From Podarcis cretensis (lineage: Eukaryota), in NCBI GenBank assembly GCA_951804945.1, contig OX638156.1, forward strand, positions 25,420,001 through 25,484,000: a DNA stretch of 64,000 nt, read 5' to 3'. Positions 11,170 to 23,746 of the stretch are shown here, piece by piece (position 1 is the stretch's first letter; the number at the start of each line of letters is the position of its first letter). The notes under the pieces are model-generated. The model saw only the letters and a program-made list of their open reading frames with translations, did not search any database and was not told where the DNA came from. The position numbers and the translations under genes were made by a program.

Positions 11170-11940
11170 CTGAAGAAATTGTGTACATGTTACAGAATAT
11201 TCAGGATATAGTATATATAAAGAGAACATTGTAGATTTTAGTCTGGATATAATTATTGTTTGCTCTTATTCTTTGTTGTTGGTTCTTCAATTTGAGTTTC
11301 AGCAGGGCAATGATGGAAAGTGGAATTTTGCCTCATTCCAAAATAATTTACTTTATCTCAAATTGTACAGCTGTTAGTTATAATTAACAGGATGCATTCA
11401 AAGGCACACGATTTAATTTGGGGGGAGGATAATATAAAAGCTACCTTTATGAACGTTCAGAATTTTAGAGTCTAGTTCTTACATTATCTCAACAGCTTGG
11501 GATTCATTACAAAGCAAGTCCTTCTCATGCCTTGTCCCGTGTAACCTTGGACTAAATGTGAAGAGCCTATGTTGTGACTTCTCCTCACACGAGCATAAAT
11601 GCTATTAGAAACCGGCTCCTCACATTTCCCAACAGAGAAGGCATGGAGTTGCAGTGGCACCCATGTGTTCAGGATGTGGTAAGAACTGTGTATAAGTTAC
11701 TGAGTTCTACATTCTTTCTTCCCCTAGGGCACATACCATGGACAACCTTGTAAAACAAATTAATTTAATAATTTAAAAAAGAAAACACCACTTGATAAAG
11801 AAAAAACCTTTAAACGAATATGAACATCTGACAACCAAATTAAACTGAAGCTCTGAGCAGAATCTGTAAACCGAAAATCTACCGATTAAGACTAGTATAA
11901 GGGGGTCCCTATAGCAAAGCAGGGAAGTTTAGGTACTCAC

Positions 11941-12113
11941 CGCCATCAAGACTTCTAGAGGCCCGTTTACTTGCTGTCCGTTCAAACTGTGGTGCAGGTC
12001 TGTCAATCAGGGCACTAGCTTGTCTTGTCTGTGCCTGTGTCCGACCACTGTATCGAAATTTTGAACCCAATACCAGGAACCTGCTCTTGGGAATTGCTTC
12101 AGTGGATGTTAGC
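11941..12113 (-). CDS. EPB41: EPB41 FERM-adjacent (FA) exon, exon 12-equivalent (173 nt)
   Basis: ttttag|G; (R)[57 protein letters not shown]; donor GCG|GTGAGT; ends in phase 1. Confidence 0.96.
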
Positions 12114-12754
12114 CTAAAATGCATGTGAATATTTCCACATTATTCATCTCCAACCAATAATGACAAGTCAAATAAGATCCAGCATGGTGGCAATTACTGT
12201 ATTTGCATAAGATAAACCCATAGGAACTTAAATTGTATGAGTTAGACCATGGTGGCCATCACAACCCCAATGGTGTCACCAAGTGCTCCCCCTATATTTC
12301 CCCCACATATGAGTACCATTCACTCATATGAGAAAAATAAACAACTGCACTTAGGGTAACAAGCCATGGGGAAAGGTCACAGTTCAGCAGTAGAGCAGAT
12401 GTTTTGCATGCAGAAGGGCTGGGAGGAACTGCTACCTGAAACCCAGGGGAACCACTTCCAGTTCATGTCAACAATACTGAGGAATCAATAGTCTGCTCCA
12501 GTATAACGCAGCTTCCTATAATCTTAGCATTACATTGAATGAAGACAATGACTCATCCAAGATGGTTCTGAGAAAGCCATGTGGAGATCTGAACCCAGGT
12601 CCCCCTAGTTCACCCACCCTACTGTACCACACTGGTCCTCAGTTAATGAAATCCCTTTATGAGCACTCATTCCTAATACCACATTCTCATTTCTTCATTC
12701 TTCCTATGGTAAAAGTTGACTACCTATATTTTATTAAGCATTTGCAGATTAATG

Positions 12755-12929
12755 GCCTTAGCTCAGTGGCAGAACATCGCTTTGCGTACAGAAGGTCCCC
12801 AGAATGTCCAGGTAGGGCTAAGAAAGACTCTTCCCTGGAACCCTGGAGAGCTGCTGCCAGTCAGTGTAGACAATACTGAGCTAGATGGACCAAGGGTTTG
12901 ACTAGGTGTAAGGCAGCTTCCTATGTTCC
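12755..12929 (+). mobile_element. Older tRNA-derived squamate SINE (Squam3-like; family name tentative). Related copies at ~447-617, ~12366-12520, ~20150-20260
   Basis: TAGCTCAGTGG A box; shared body gctgccagtcagtgtagacaatactgagctagatggacca; ends gcagcttcctatgttcct. Confidence 0.6.
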
Positions 12930-13026
12930 TGCTTTCCTGTCTGAACAATTCTGTGCAAATTAGAGGCTTCCTTCGCAACTCCTGACAATGTATACCAACA
13001 ACTGGAATAAAAACTTACAGCTTTTA

Positions 13027-13047
13027 CACACACACACACACACACAC
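13027..13047. repeat. (AC)n microsatellite just downstream of the 98-nt exon donor
   Basis: Seen directly; reads (TG)n on the gene strand. Confidence 0.9.
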
Positions 13048-13082
13048 CATTTGTCATATTGGATGGGGGAAAAGAAACATAC

Positions 13083-13180
13083 CTGAAAAATGTATGATGC
13101 TCAACACAAACTTTCCACAGCTTCTTAGCTGCCCGATAACTAGGAAGCTTGAATCCAATTGTACTTTCATATTGTTCATG
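13083..13180 (-). CDS. EPB41: EPB41 FERM C-lobe exon (98 nt)
   Basis: ctctacag|CAT; [32 protein letters not shown](R); donor CAG|GTATGT; phase 0-2. Confidence 0.95.
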
Positions 13181-13396
13181 CTGTAGAGAGCAACAGTACA
13201 GAGTAAGTTTGAGGACAGCCTCACATAAAGTGCATTGTAAGTATCAAGCCAGAAAACTATCATGTTAGACCTCTGTCCACTGCAATACAATTTGGACAAT
13301 CTGCAGAACAGTTCATTTGCTCTGTCAATATTTTTCTTAGACAGAAGTCAGATTTTTTAAAAAGGAATGAAAATAGTATATAACTCCAAAGCCTAC

Positions 13397-13549
13397 CTCG
13401 CCAGGTCGAATTTTGATAAAAAAGCTGCTGCGCTTGTAGGAAATCTTCAACACTTTGGGCCAAGGGAAACGGTTGATTCTCAATTTATCTTTGTAGACAA
13501 GAAGGCCACTGGAGCAGACTCCCAAAGTAATATCCACACCTTCCAAGTC
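13397..13549 (-). CDS. EPB41: EPB41 FERM C-lobe exon (153 nt)
   Basis: ttttgtag|GAC; [51 protein letters not shown]; donor GAG|GTAGGC. Confidence 0.96.
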
Positions 13550-14834
13550 CTACAAAAGCAGAGTTTGGAACACACTTCACACATGTTGACAACATGTATT
13601 TGCAGACATGGCAACTCTTTCCACTACCTCTTATGTGAAAAACGCTTCTCCCTAAGTGTCCTGTACTGCATTATCTTCAAACAATTGATTATCAGGGGGA
13701 CCTCTGTAGGTCCTGTTACTGAGAATCACTGTCCCAGACGGAAGAGCAATGACAAAAAGGCCATAAGCAAGTTTATTTATAAGTCCTAGGGTAGAAAGAA
13801 AATTCTACTTAGGCTATATACACACTACCAGGAACTGACTTTTCTACTCACAAAAATAGAAAGATTCAAGTGGAAATAGATGAGTGAAAAACTTCCACCC
13901 CCGGACAAGCTATTTTTGTTTAGAAACTAGGATACTAGGACACCCAGCAGTCACAGTTGTGCTCTGATTATTTAATGATTGGCTCAGTACAAAAGCATCA
14001 ATACTAAAATCTTTCCAGTCGAGTTTTTATTGACCATCTCATTAAGATTATTCTGCCACACAGTGACAAATTTAGATCTTTTCAAAAAATACAACTCACC
14101 TTTCTGAACCAAAGACTACTTAATGCACAATCAACTATAAAACACCAATTTAAAAAAAAACTTTATCTAGCAGCATAATACACACAGGCCAATAAAATAC
14201 ATTTAATATGCTCCATGCCCTATAACAGGTCCCACAAGCTCAAAGCAACTGGGTATGATGGAACATCACCTGCAGAATTCAAGAGATTCTAGAGCAATGA
14301 TGAGTTCTAATGAAACTCCCTCCTTTGGGTAGAGAATAATGAGGGTGTACAGGCTAGCAATCAAATACATGTCTACTTAGAAGTAAGCCCCATTCAGTTT
14401 AATGGAACTTACTCCTAAGTGTGTACAGGACTGCAGCTTATGTCTTTGTGGGACAGTCACTCAGATACACTACAGAATGAAATGTGACAGCAGATTCCAT
14501 AGGAATGAATTCACCCCAAAGTATCCAACAGACCCTTATCTATAAACTGAAAGATATACTGATTTAGTTACTATGTGGTTGTAAACATCAAATATATAGC
14601 AACCATTTTTAAACGGTCAAGAATGTTATTTCTGAATGAGGTATGAACTCTGTCATCTGTAGGGCGGACACCACATTTTAGGCTGTAAACCCATTCCAAG
14701 TATGATTAGATTAACTAGATCACATGAGGAATTCCTTGGCTTCAACCTCTGTTGCAATAATCCAAAATTGTCATGCCTAGCCATGAACCAGTACCATACA
14801 GATAGTTCTCGGAGAACAAACCCAACACCCTTTA

Positions 14835-15076
14835 CAGTGGTACCTCAAATTACATACACTTCAGGTTACATACACTTCGGGTTACAGACTCCGCTAAGTC
14901 AGAAATAGTACCTCGGATTAAGAACTTTGCTTCAGGATGAGAACAGAAATTGTGCTTCGGCAGCGCGGCAGCAGCAGGAGGCCCCATTAGCTAAAGTGGT
15001 GCTTCAGGTTAAGAACCATTTCAGGTTAAGAACAGACCTCCAGAACGAATTAAGTACTTAACCCAAGGTACCACTG
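14835..15076. mobile_element. Tc1/mariner (Tigger/pogo-like) MITE, family 1
   Basis: TIR CAGTGGTACCT...AGGTACCACTG with TA on both sides; same body at 23265 and 51380. Confidence 0.85.
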
Positions 15077-15733
15077 TACATCAAAGATATGGGGGAGGAG
15101 GCAAGATCCCTTGGAACAAGTGCTGAGGATCACCTGGAAGGAATCTCCAGAGGGAGATTTGCTGAAGAACCATCAGTATTGTCAGAGGAGGAAGTAAAAT
15201 CCCACCCCCAGCCCTTGAGAATGTCAGTGCCAAAAGGTCCAAGTCCAGGTTGAAGAGTAACAACACAGCATGTGTCTATGGATCTAGCATAGAGGTCTCA
15301 TTGAGAGCAAGCAAGACTGGAAACAACAGCTGTGGTCCAGGAAGGCCGCTGTCCATTTGACTTGGAAACAACATAGATCTCTGGTTTCTTGAATCTGAAC
15401 CTAGTCTCCTCTGCCTGCTGTGTTGTATCCTTGCCTGGATTTGACCTGGGACTGTTACCTGCCTTTGTCTATGGATTACAGTATGGTCCTGTGCATGACC
15501 TTTGCTTGTTTTGGACACTGCTGGAACATCATCCCAGTTCTCTGTGAATATCTTGGGAGAAGACATACTTCTCTGGACGGGATCCTAGACCCTGAGGGGC
15601 ACCTACTGGAGCATGACAAAAACCAAGAACCCTCCCTACTCATGGTATCGAGTAGGAGGGAAAAGATGAAAACCAAGGGCTTTGCACATTAAAAGTAAAA
15701 ATATTGTGATATGAAACAAGTATTTTCTTCTAC

Positions 15734-15821
15734 CTTGGCGTGATGAAGATCAACTCCATACATAGACAGCTTTTTGGCATTCTCAAGAAATTCCAGATCA
15801 GCTTGAGCAGGAGTCATACAT
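15734..15821 (-). CDS. EPB41: EPB41 FERM exon (88 nt)
   Basis: ttctgtag|A; (R)[29 protein letters not shown]; donor AAG|GTAGAA; phase 2-0. Confidence 0.95.
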
Positions 15822-17456
15822 CTACAGAAATATAATGGAAAATGATACAGCAAGCCCACTATTTGCTTACTTCGCAGGGTGGTTTAAAAAAAATAAATCA
15901 TTAGCAGATACTACAGTACATGCATTTATCAAAAGAAATAAAAAAATGGACCCTGCAAACCTCTTGTTTTTTTAACCCTTCAGTGAGTTCTTTAGCACTA
16001 GAATGGTAACTTTCTAAAATAATAATTATTATTGTTATACAACATCCTAGGAATTATCTATTTGCTACAGATTCTCCAAAAGAGGCTAGCTTGCAAGAAT
16101 GTGGTTAACAAATTAAACTAGACAAACTAAAGAAGACAGAAACATATGGCCAAAAGGTACCAGAAAAATGTATCTCAGATATGTGTACAATAAAAACATT
16201 GGAACAGTAGGGGAGTAAAAAAAAGTAATAAATCAACAAATCAATAACAAAGCAGTTAAGGTTACAAACTTATGCATGGCTTCCTGGGAGTGAACTTCAC
16301 TTAACACAGTGCCAGTTTCTTGAGTAACCAGGCTTAGAACTAAGCTGCAGCTCTTGAAAATTAAAAGCAAGGGCATATGAAATCACTTAAGGGAAAAGAC
16401 ATGCTAGGGACAAGTAAAGTAAATATGGAGTTATGTGAACTTATGCTCAATATGAGGCTGTTTTCTGTCTTGAACTTTACTAACAAACTTCATCTCAGTG
16501 GTACAGCAAGACAGCGCTTCACAGATGCTTTGTTTAAATGTTTAAACCTCCCACCTCCTTTCTAGTCTTGCTGTGTATTCATGGAACAGAAGGACTGGTG
16601 TATTTATAGAAGTTATTCCTAACAGTATGAGACGTCTCTTCCAGCCATATGGTGCATTGAGAATTGAGCCACAATCTATTACTGAAAAGAGTTTCAAAAT
16701 ACACATCAGGGTAACTGTAACAAGTATTGTTATAAAATATTTTTTATCCAGCTCAAGCATCAAAAATGCTTTGAAGTGAGTCTTAAATCACACCCAGTGC
16801 GAAGTTCCATGTCATTTTTTTATGTTAATTAAACATAAGTCCAATTGAAGATCCATACACACGGGTTTGAATAATTCACAACAGTAGCACAATTAAGGAA
16901 TGCTTCACATGAAATGGACAAAAGATAATCTCCAATGGGGGGGGCATGTTTGAAGGCCTTGAAAGTATTTTGCAAATGTCTGGAAGCTACTTCACAGAAC
17001 AGGTTTCAAATACTTGTACTTGTCTTCACACTTACACGTTCTTCAACTTTATCTTATTTTTATTTTATTTTTTTGGTGCGTGCAACTTAGAACAGGAGAA
17101 GCCAATATGGCCCCCTCCAGATGTTGCTGCCAGCATGGCCAATGGTCAGGAATGGTGGGAGTTGCTGTCCAACAACATCTGGAGGTCACTATACTGACAA
17201 TCCCCGACTTACAAGAAACAAATGAAGAAAAATCTGCTTCCTGACCCCTGCAGCAGTCTCAATGCTAGTCATCAGGCTTAGTTTCTGGGGTACCAATTGT
17301 TACTGGGGACCTGGATTTTTGCACCCCTATTCACCCCTATATGAAATTTCTTTTTAGCATATTTATTTTATTATTTCAATTTCTATTCGGCCCCTCATTG
17401 ATCCAAAATCCCAGGGAGGTTTACAATAAGTATCATAAGCATCAATAAAATGAAGC

Positions 17457-17500
<44 letters not shown>

Positions 17501-17895
17501 TATTTATACCCCGCCCATCTGGCTGGGCCTCCCCAGCCACTCTGGGCGGCTTCCATAGAAAGCAAAAATACAGTAAAATATCACACGTTAAAAACTTCCC
17601 TGAACAGGGCTGCCTTAAGATGTCTTCTGAATGTCAGGTAGTTGTTTATCGCTTTGACATCTGCTGGAAGGGCGTTCCACAGGGCGGGCGCCACTACCGA
17701 GAAGGCCCTCTGCCTGGTTCCCTGTAGCTTTGCTTCTCACAATGAGGGAACTGCCAGAAGGCCCTCGGCGCTGGACCTCAGCGTCCGGGCAGAATGATGG
17801 GGGTGGAGACGCTCCTTCAGGTATACTGGACCGAGGCCGTTTAGGGCTTTAAAGGTCAGCACCAACACTTTGAATTGTGCTTGGAAACGTACTGG
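17457..17895 (-). mobile_element. L2-clade LINE 3' fragment with (TTA)n tail
   Basis: Minus strand encodes QFKVLVLTFKALNGLGPVYLKERLHP (L2-type ORF2 C-terminus) and ends in gccgcccagagtggctgggg...gatgggcggggtataaataa plus tail. Confidence 0.8.
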
Positions 17896-17948
17896 AAACG
17901 TAATGGAAACATTAAAAAGTCATATAAAAATGCTAAATTTAAAATTAC

Positions 17949-18167
17949 CTATAGGTCTTATGTAGTTCCATGACCTTGTCTTCCAGTTCCTTTGTCTGAT
18001 TTGGGGCCAGCTTGAATTCACTGACATAATCTGGGCTATGAAGATCTGGGTCAAAGTCTCCTAGTTCTGACTGGATTGTGTAAGAACCCAGCAAAGCTAA
18101 TGTAGCAAAGGAGCAAGGAAGCCGTCCAGTGAGAATGTCTTTTCTTAGCTGGAGACACAAATAGTAC
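17949..18167 (-). CDS. EPB41: EPB41 FERM exon (219 nt)
   Basis: ctttgtag|G; (R)[40 protein letters not shown]...ELHKTY(R); donor TAG|GTAATT; phase 2-2. Confidence 0.96.
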
Positions 18168-19620
18168 CTACAAAGGAGGAAAAGAAAGCCTCAGAATGGG
18201 GAATTCAAATTCTGATGACAAAACAGTGGACATTGGTTCATTAGAAATATGTTAGTGTGCTTCTCGCTAGGAACAGTCTACCCCTACTTTCATATGACTG
18301 GAAATTGTACCAGGCCATATGGACAGAGAACCCACATGAATAAAGTATTGCTTGTCTGTATTTAACATAGACAACAACAATCAGGCGAGGATGCTCATAC
18401 TACACAATCTGGAACAGGCACTTGGTTATCACTAACATAGCATAACACTCAGTCTCTTTTCTCCTCTGTTATTTACAGCTGACTGATAGCAGAAAAATAA
18501 AATAAGTTCCTCAACAAGAAAATAACACTGGACCTGTATAATGAGCAAGATCCTATATCCAATAAAATGGAAGATGGGATACAGAAACCTCTGAGTGTAC
18601 AAATGGAGCGGACACTAGGTGTGCAGGGCAGCCAGCACCATATTCTTTCCCCAGGGGTTGATGGATTCCTCAGGTCTCTGACTGTTGATCTGCAATTGTG
18701 CCTCCTAGCAATGAAACTAGCCTCTCGGGTCTCGGCTGGCCCTTGTACACAAATTACTCCTGTCTAAGAGGTTCCCGATGGATCCTGGTTACATCTGGTA
18801 GAGATCACACCTGGAGAGGGAACCCTCTTGAGTTCTGCAGCCAAGCCACCAATCTACTCAGCCTCCTACTGCTACCTTTTAGCTACCATACCATCGCCCG
18901 GAAAGCGCAAGATCCAGGGATACTTTCCCTAGCATGGGACACGAACCTGCAGATCCAACAGTGCAGTCAGAGGCATGCCACTGAGCACCTGTTCTTTCCA
19001 GCACTCACGTGAAAGACTGGATACCATCCATTGTTCATGGCTTGTTTAGAGCTTAAAAAGGTTTACAGTCTTAAATTTCTCATGCTCACAACTGCCTTTT
19101 TACAGGCCAGTTTTCCCAAATTTTGAAAGTTGGAAATATGAATGGGTCTGTAAGCTAGTATAAAGAACGGAGTTTGCTTTTTAAAGAAGGTATTACTTTT
19201 GCAGGGACACAACCTATTTCCAAGTTCTCTAAAATGCTCCACTGAGTTCCCTTATTACCAGACATTAAGTCTGTCATGTTACTAAGTTGACAAGCATTGT
19301 AATAACTGTTTGAATTTAGGATTCCCTATTGTTCGTTCTACATACATATACATAGGGTTGTAATTTTTTACTGATTTTACTGTTTTATCTTTCATAAGCA
19401 ATCTTGAGGGGGGGTTTACAATCAAGTAGTGTATAAATTTTATGAACTAAATAAATAATAAACATTCAAAAACATTGTATCACAAACAGCTTTTCAAACA
19501 CCTTTCTTTTCCAAAGCTGTTTGTCATGCGTCATAAGGTAGCTTGTCAAACAGAAATGCAAGTTTAAGAGTCCTTAGGCTTGTAGAACTAAGCACACAGT
19601 TCTCTGAATCCTGATGAGTG

Positions 19621-19777
19621 CAGTCGTACCTCCATTTACGTAAACTTCAGGATGTGCGCGCAGCAAACCCAGAAGTATTTTACCGGGCTTTGCTGCGCAT
19701 GCATGTGCAGAAGTGGAAACCTCGGGATCCGACCAGATCTCTGGAACGGATCCCATCCGCAACCGGAGGTACCACTG
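19621..19777. mobile_element. Tc1/mariner MITE, family 2 (internally deleted)
   Basis: CAGTCGTACCTC...GAGGTACCACTG termini; body shared with the 50204 copy. Confidence 0.7.
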
Positions 19778-19886
19778 TATTTATCAATTTCATTCATTAT
19801 TTGTCACAATTATATCCTGCCTCCCATTACCCTTTCCTAAATTACAATATTACTTGATTGTTAGCTTTCCTAAGAGCACTACAGAC

Positions 19887-19962
19887 CTTGTTATGTCCTC
19901 TGTCAGCTGTGCTGGATCTGGAGGATAAAACTTGACATTGAAAGTGAAATTCCATGGGCCTC
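19887..19962 (-). CDS. EPB41: EPB41 FERM exon (76 nt)
   Basis: ttgcag|GA; (G)[24 protein letters not shown](R); donor AAG|GTCTGT; phase 1-2. Confidence 0.94.
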
Positions 19963-20270
19963 CTGCAATTAAAACCAGATTGTTGTGAGTTTTCCTTTAT
20001 AATATTGCTTTCAAGTAATATTAAATACTGCAATATAGTTATCATGAGATAAAAATAAACACAATGAATATGACATTGTCCCACTGGTATGTCTCACCGT
20101 CAACAAAACAATGGTTCCCTGACATCCTTGGGATCTCCAGGTAGGACTGGGAAAGACTCCAGTCTGAAAACTTGATGAGCCACTGCTAGCTGGCATAGAC
20201 AAAAGATAGATGAACTAGGTGGACTAATGGTCTGACTCAGTGTAAGACCGTTCTATGTGTTCCTCTAGTG

Positions 20271-20520
20271 CAGGGGTCACCAACATGGTACCTACAGACA
20301 CATCTGCAGAACTCCCTTTGCACCCATAGGTTGTCCTCCCCCTGCTGAAATAAGTCTTGAAAGAAACATTCTATTGTAGCCAATAGAATAGTTGCTTAGT
20401 TGCAGTGTGTGTGTGTGAGAGAGAGTGAGAGTGTGTGTGTGTGTGTGTGTGTGTGTTGCTCATAACAGTTTATCCAGTTTGCAAATGTACACATGGACCC
20501 AAAGAGGTTGATAACCCCTG
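20271..20520. mobile_element. hAT MITE containing a (TG)/(AG) microsatellite
   Basis: CAGGGGTCACCAAC...GTTGATAACCCCTG; 8-bp TSD ctctagtg/ctctagta. Confidence 0.75.
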
Positions 20521-20805
20521 CTCTAGTAGATCCTGGCCCATAACCATGAGGGCTTTTCAGTAGGGGCTCCTCCACATAAATGGAACTCGCTCCACACTGA
20601 CGCAAGTAAATATGAATCTCTTCTGTGAATTTTTTAATTCACAGAAGTGGTTTAGATTAATTTGACGAATTTTCCCCTGCTGTACTACATTATGATTTTT
20701 TATGTTCCAGCTATAATTTGGTATAGTTTTTATTAAATTTGTATTTGCTTCATTTCTGTACACTACCCTATGATTGTAAACAAAAACAAACACAGCAAGT
20801 TTGTG

Positions 20806-21135
20806 TGTTGAGACCCCGAGGCCACCCCCTCGTTGATGAATGAGACACAAGGACACAGATATTAGGTTAATGTCACTGGGCAAATTTATGCCACAACTTT
20901 ATTGGTTACAGAATGTGAACGGTATTGGCTTAGGCATTGGAATTGATCCGACTATATCTGACTCCTGCCTGTCACGCAGGGAGTCCTGTAAGGGTCAAGC
21001 ACCAGTAGGGGGAGCTCAATGAAGCCCGCCCCCCCCCCGCCAGCCATCAGATTAGCTGGCTGGATCTAAGACGCGGCTGGGACCTCCAGGGGACGAGGGA
21101 CTTCGTCCCCGCCCCCAGAGGGGAGTGGGTGGCCA
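20806..21135 (-). mobile_element. Possible solo LTR or LTR fragment
   Basis: TG...CA termini with an imperfect 5-bp flank repeat (ttgtg/ctgtg); minus-strand AATAAA (~20898-20903), GC boxes, locally high CpG. Confidence 0.4.
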
Positions 21136-21735
21136 CTGTGTTCCACTGCAAGTCCTCCCCACTGGGAAGTGGAGCAGATTTATCATCCCAAAATAAAGAA
21201 AAGTTAAATCAGTGGTGGGGAACATCCAGCCTACAGATCTAATTAGGCCTACCAAACCTCTCAGTTTAGCCCATCAGGACATATTGGGTGGACCACACCT
21301 AACTATCACTCACCAGAGATCAAATGTAGGGAGTGCACACCTGATTTTTCCTTTGCAGCAGTGGCTTTCATTTGGCACTGTTCAAATTTGGTGCTGGATG
21401 CAAGCTGTGTTGACAATGGGTGTTTTAACCAGAAGTGACTTGCAAGTCCACCCTTAATTTTCAGTGATGTTGCTATATTCTAAATTTAAACAATTCCTAC
21501 TTTAAAAAACATAACCTATACAAACTGTCCTTCTGTAGAAAAGCAACAGTTTTATTAAAAGAAAAACTACTACATAATATGGAAAACAGAGGACTTGCAC
21601 TCTGTTTAAATTTGTCCTGATCCATTCTATCACCCTTACATGAACTCCAGCAATGCTGAGTGCTTCTTTTGATTGCATGCCAAGGCTATAAATATCTACC
21701 ATTTCTTTTATAAAAAACAGACTTGAGCCACTTAC

Positions 21736-21778
21736 CATGAACTTGTTTTTTTATCTCTTTGGCAGCATCCAACCATGT
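21736..21778 (-). CDS. EPB41: EPB41 FERM exon (43 nt)
   Basis: ttcttgcag|ACA; TWLDAAKEIKKQVH(G); donor ATG|GTAAGT; phase 0-1. Confidence 0.94.
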
Positions 21779-23264
21779 CTGCAAGAAAACAGTAGCAATT
21801 AGTCATATAGAGTCTGACAACAGTTGCAAAGAATATGGCCTGAAAATGTACTGTCACTGAGTTCAGTAGCAACCATCATTGGATGCCAATTGGGTTATCT
21901 TAGATTGCAAAAACACTGCATATAGGATTAATTAAAATTTGATCTTTGGGGGCACTGACATAATCAATAGATTAGGCTTTAACTATGGACAAGCAGCCAT
22001 GGTTTTATTTAGGCACAGTTAATTTTTCTCTGACAGCCAGACTACAACAAACATTAAATGTGGGTTTGCAATTAACATGCATAGTTTTTAAAAATGGTTA
22101 TTCAAAGCCACTTGGGGACTGATGATTATTGGGATTGTAGCAGGCGGGGAGGATAATCTAATCATTTTTTTCCATGCTGTAGTCATGAACAAAAAACCCA
22201 AAAAAACCTCTCCTCTGAAGTTGTTATGTGCATTGGACAATTACCAGTGAAATGGATGGTGCCATTTTTGCTTCACATTGAGTTATTATATAGTATTTGA
22301 AAAACTCATTACATAAAAGACACAGAGCTCTAGTCCATGAAAACATAGACATACCTATGCTTTTGATGAATAAAAACTAGCCTAAATCACCCCCTGGCAA
22401 TAATAAAAAGTGGCAAATTAAAACAAATTAAGAACCAGCGGAACCCAAACCTTACAAAATAAAACTTATTTATTTGGCAAGGAAAACGTAGTTAAGATGT
22501 TGCCCAACAGGCCTCCCTAGGAAGAAAAACAAAACTATCTTTCCATTGCCAGCATTTGAAAGTTCCCAATTCAGTCACTAAGCCTACTATTCTATGGCTA
22601 GCAACTGGAACTGGGTGCACATCTGGTCTTGCTGGCTCACAACCATAATATTTCACTAATATGAACTCATACAGTAATCTTGAAGATTGACATATATAAA
22701 TAATCTCTTACAAGATGCTTGGTGGGGCTCCAAGTGGTTCAAAGTTCTCTGAATTTGCCTCACTTAAACAGCTTACTGACAGAATGTGAGTTCAAAGTTA
22801 TTTCTGCCATACTACAGCATTAGGCAAGTTAGTAATTAGGAAAATGAACATCCATGCAGCTGTAATTGCTTCTGGAAAGTGTCATTAAAAAACCCCTTAA
22901 CTCAAAATAACTTTTAGGAACCAGTTATTTCCACACGGTGTCTGCATACAAAGCCATGGTTTTGGCTCCTTGCCAGTGCTCAGGAGCAACAACTATGACT
23001 CTTGGCTTAGTGTTGCATCCAAACCAGGAATCAAGGTTTGTAACGTTAAAACAAACTATCATTAGCAAGTCAAGACGAAACCTTGGCTTCAGAACTTGGT
23101 TGGTTTGGAGTGAAACAAATCATAATCCCTGGTTCAGATGTAGCGCTTGTGATGTAGCACTTGTGATATTTTTGCTCCTGCTAGTTAACTGGGGGGAGGT
23201 GTGGGAGGGAGAGAGAGATGAGGGGGAGGAGATCAAAGCAGGAACGATCTGCATATTCATGGTA

Positions 23265-23746
23265 CAGTAGTACCTCAGGTTACATACACTTCAGGTTGCA
23301 TGCGCTTCAGGTTACAGACTCTGCTAATGCCCCTTCCGATCTTCAGGAGGAGGGGGGGTTGTGGGATCACGACCCCGCCCACACTCGCTCTCGCGAGGCT
23401 GGCGTCAGCCTCGCGGGAGACAGGGATTCACCCAATTAGCATACCCTGTGGCGCCAGCCAATCGGCTGGCGGCAGGGGCGGGCCTTCGTAGGGCCACTTA
23501 AGGTCAGGGCGGCCCCTGGGTCGCCCCCTTTCTTCCCTGGAGACGACGCGGTTACAGACTCTGCTAACCCAGAAATAGTGCTTCAGGTTAAGAACTTTGC
23601 TTCAGGATGAGAACAGAAATCGTGCTCTGGCCGTGCGGCGGCAGCAGGAGGCCCCATTAGCTAAAGTGGTGCTTCAGGTTAGGAGCAGTTTCAGGTTAAG
23701 TACGGACCTCTGGAACGAATTAAGTACTTAACCTGAGGTACCACTG
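23265..23746. mobile_element. Tc1/mariner MITE family 1 with a nested 222-bp insertion
   Basis: TA-flanked TIRs; body interrupted at 23328-23549 with an 18-bp direct repeat. Confidence 0.85.

Noticed and set aside
15077-15690. GC-elevated non-exonic blocks here and at ~18600-19030 and ~62370-62730, possibly old retroelement fragments
   Set aside because: No termini, TSD or diagnostic protein motif could be identified by eye, so they are left uncalled.
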